DNA from: Eledone cirrhosa
Lineage: Eukaryota
Reading direction: 5' to 3'
Assembly (NCBI GenBank): GCA_964016885.1
Contig: OZ024742.1
Coordinates: forward strand, 337,776,001-337,840,000
DNA: 64,000 bases
Shown here: positions 61,458 through 64,000 of the stretch, in pieces
Numbering within the stretch: the stretch's first letter is position 1
How the letters are laid out: each line of letters opens with the position of its first letter
Program-made: the position numbers and the translations under genes
The notes under the pieces: generated by a model
Databases searched by the model: none
The model's input: only the letters and a program-made list of their open reading frames with translations
Told to the model about the DNA's origin: nothing

Positions 61458-63553
61458 AGGCCGCTCAAACGAGGTTGTAGAAATGCTTGAACGTAAGGAG
61501 GTTGATGTCTGCTGGATCCAAGAGACCAGGTGGAGAGGCGGGTCTGCTAGATTCATTGTGGGTAAAAAATGATGCTATAAGCTTTTCTGGGTGGGAAATG
61601 ACAATGGGCTGGGTGGGGTAGGAATCATGTTAGCAGAAAAATGGGTGGATAAGATAATAGACGTAAATAGAGTAAACGACAGAATAATTAAAATAAGACT
61701 TGTTCTAAATAGAACTACTGTGACGATAATATCTGCGTACGCGCCCCAATCCGGACTGCCTGGCGCTATAAAAGACACTTTCTATGAGACACTGATGCTC
61801 ACTACCTCCTAAATAACCGACAGTGACTATATAATTATTGCTGGCGACCTAAATGGTCACGTTGGACAACATTGTGACGGCTATGATGAAATCCATGGAG
61901 GCTATGGGTTTGGTACTAGAAATGAGGAAGGCTCCAGAATCCTGGAATTCTGTGACGCAAATAACCTAACAATCTGTAACACTAACTTAAAAAAACGAGA
62001 CAATCACTTGATCACCTACAGATCAGGGGAACATACCAGCCAGGTAGATTATATCCTTACCAGAAGACGTGACAGAGTGACTGTTGTAAACACTAAATCC
62101 CTCCCTCATGAAGAATGCACCTCCCAACATAGACTGATAATTAGCGACCTCATAGTCAGGACAAGACGTACCCGACAGCAGAAGAGGACTATCCTCAAGA
62201 GAAAAATATGGAAGCTAAAGGACCCCACAGCCAGAAATAGCAGTGATGGCGAGTACGCCATCATCATCATTTAGTACACACTTCTCCCCAACAATATCAC
62301 GGTTTTCCTTGACACATTGCCTAGCAATGTGTCAAGGAAAACCGTGATATTGTTGGGGAGAAGTGTGTACTAAATGATGATGGCGTACTCGCCATCACTG
62401 ATGCTGATAAGAAGGTCGCTTGGAAGTGTCACTACGAGAGGCTACTAAATGAGGAGAATAAATGGGAGAAGGATAGTCTCCCCCAGATCGATCCAATAGA
62501 GGGACCAGCAGTGTTAGTTGAAGGTAGTATAATAAGTAAGGCAATCAAAGATATGAAGACGGGTAAGGCGGCTGGGCCTTCGGAAATAGTTGCTGAGATG
62601 CTGAAGGCCTCTGGAACGGTGGGACACACCATGGTCACCCAGATAGTAAACCAAGTCATACAGAATGGGGTTGTTCCGAAGGACTGGCGTAGCAGCATCA
62701 TCATTAACTGTTACAAGGGTAAAGGAGACGCCCTAGATAGGAGTAACTATAGAGGCATTAAATTAATCGACCAGGTCATGAAGGTCACGGAAAAAGTAAT
62801 AGCGCAACTAATCAGAGAGAGAATCGATCTAGATGAAATGCAGTTCGGGTTTGTTTCAGGCAAAAGTACCACAGACGCTCTTTTCATTGTACGACAACTA
62901 CAGGAGAAGTACCTAGCTAAAAGTAAACCCCTATACTTAGCCTTTGTCGACTTGGAGAAAGCCTTCGACAGAGTCCCCCGTTCCATTATCTGGTGGGCTC
63001 TTAGAAAACTAGGTGTTGATGAATGGCTTGTGAGAGCTATACAAGCCATGTATAAAGAAACAGTCAGCAAGGTTAGAATTAACAACGAATATAGTGAAGA
63101 GTTTAGCGTAAAAGTTGGTGTTCATCGGGGCTCTGTTCTTAGCCCCCTACTATTCATTATTGCTCTTCAGGCTATAACAGTGGAGTTCAAGATGGGCTGC
63201 TCGTGGGAACTCCTATACGCAGCTGATCTAACGCTCATAGCTGAATCAATGGCCGAGCTAGAGAAGAAATTCCAAACATGGAAGCACGGCCTAGAATCAA
63301 AAGGCCTTAAAATTAACCTGTCTAGTTTGTAGGAAGGAAAATAGGGCGCCGGTCCCATCCGGGAAATGGCCATGCTCAGTGTGTAGGAAAGGAGTAGGTA
63401 GACACTGCATTTTATGTCCCAAATGCAAAGTATGGGTGCATAAAAGATGTAGTGGGATCACAGGTAAGCTAACTAAGAACATAGATTTTATATGTAACCG
63501 GTGCTCTGGTGCAATAAGTAGCAGCAAGTGCCCACAGAATACTAGCTCATTCC
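61458..63553 (+). mobile_element. Degenerate RTE family B (APE to PHD-like finger) with internal deletion/fold-back
   Basis: Collinear with 9290-11703; stops present; YADD changed to YAAD. Confidence 0.93.
62241..62400. repeat. Long palindrome, ~80-bp arms, 3-nt loop
   Basis: cagtgatggc...gacacattgc cta gcaatgtgtc...gccatcactg. Confidence 0.95.
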
Positions 63554-63969
63554 ATTGCACAAATGGATCGTCCACTGCGAGTACTTGCCACAGGGCCAGA
63601 CGATCAACCAACATGTCTACAAAGAGATACTGCAGCATTTGCTTCGTTCAGTGAGTGAGAAGAGGCAAGAGTAGTGGCAGGACAACTCGTAGCTGCTTCA
63701 CCATGACAACAGTTCCAGGCCAAAAAGAACATTGCCATGCTGGAGCAACCTCCCTACTCCCCCGACCTGGCTCCGTGCAATTTTTTCCTATTCTCCAAGC
63801 TCAAAGGGTCATCAAGGGGAGCCGTTTTGAAGACGTGGACGACATCAAAAAGGCCGTGACGACAGAACTGTGGAGGATCCCAGAAGAATCTTTCCAGGAG
63901 TGCATGCAAGCATGGCAGAAAATGATGGAAAAGTCCATTAGACTCCTGGGAGATTACTTTGAAAAATAA
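63554..63969 (+). pseudogene. Mariner-family transposase C-terminal relic
   Basis: IVHCEYLPQGQTINQHVYKEIL, LLHHDN, QPPYSPDLAPCNFFLF, KGSRFEDVDDIK; stops and frameshifts present. Confidence 0.9.
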
Positions 63970-64000
63970 AACTCTTAGTGTGAAGTTTAAGTTTGAAATA

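Overview
Eukaryotic, repeat-only window with no recognisable host gene. The SINE and RTE tails suggest an invertebrate, possibly a cephalopod (inference). Roughly a third of the window is interrupted (TA)n microsatellite. Nested in it are about 16 copies or fragments of three related RTE-clade LINE families (A, B, C), each ending in a conserved stem-loop plus (GAT)n and carrying a PHD-type C4HC3 finger inside the RT protein. Two near-identical family-A copies have intact 1039-aa APE-RT ORFs, each preceded by a 5-7.5 kb higher-order tandem array (98-bp monomers x2-8 plus a ~310-bp linker) with array-specific homogenised variants. Three minimal type I hammerhead ribozyme motifs are present: one antisense at the head of array 1, and two in a 472-bp tandem repeat. 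Also present: a BovB-like RTE, a Penelope-like RT/GIY-YIG relic, a chimeric tRNA-SINE, a non-autonomous Helitron, a MITE, a mariner relic and a 200-N gap. Two separate insertions share the same post-tail microsatellite, which suggests the LINEs both target and propagate (TA)n tracts.
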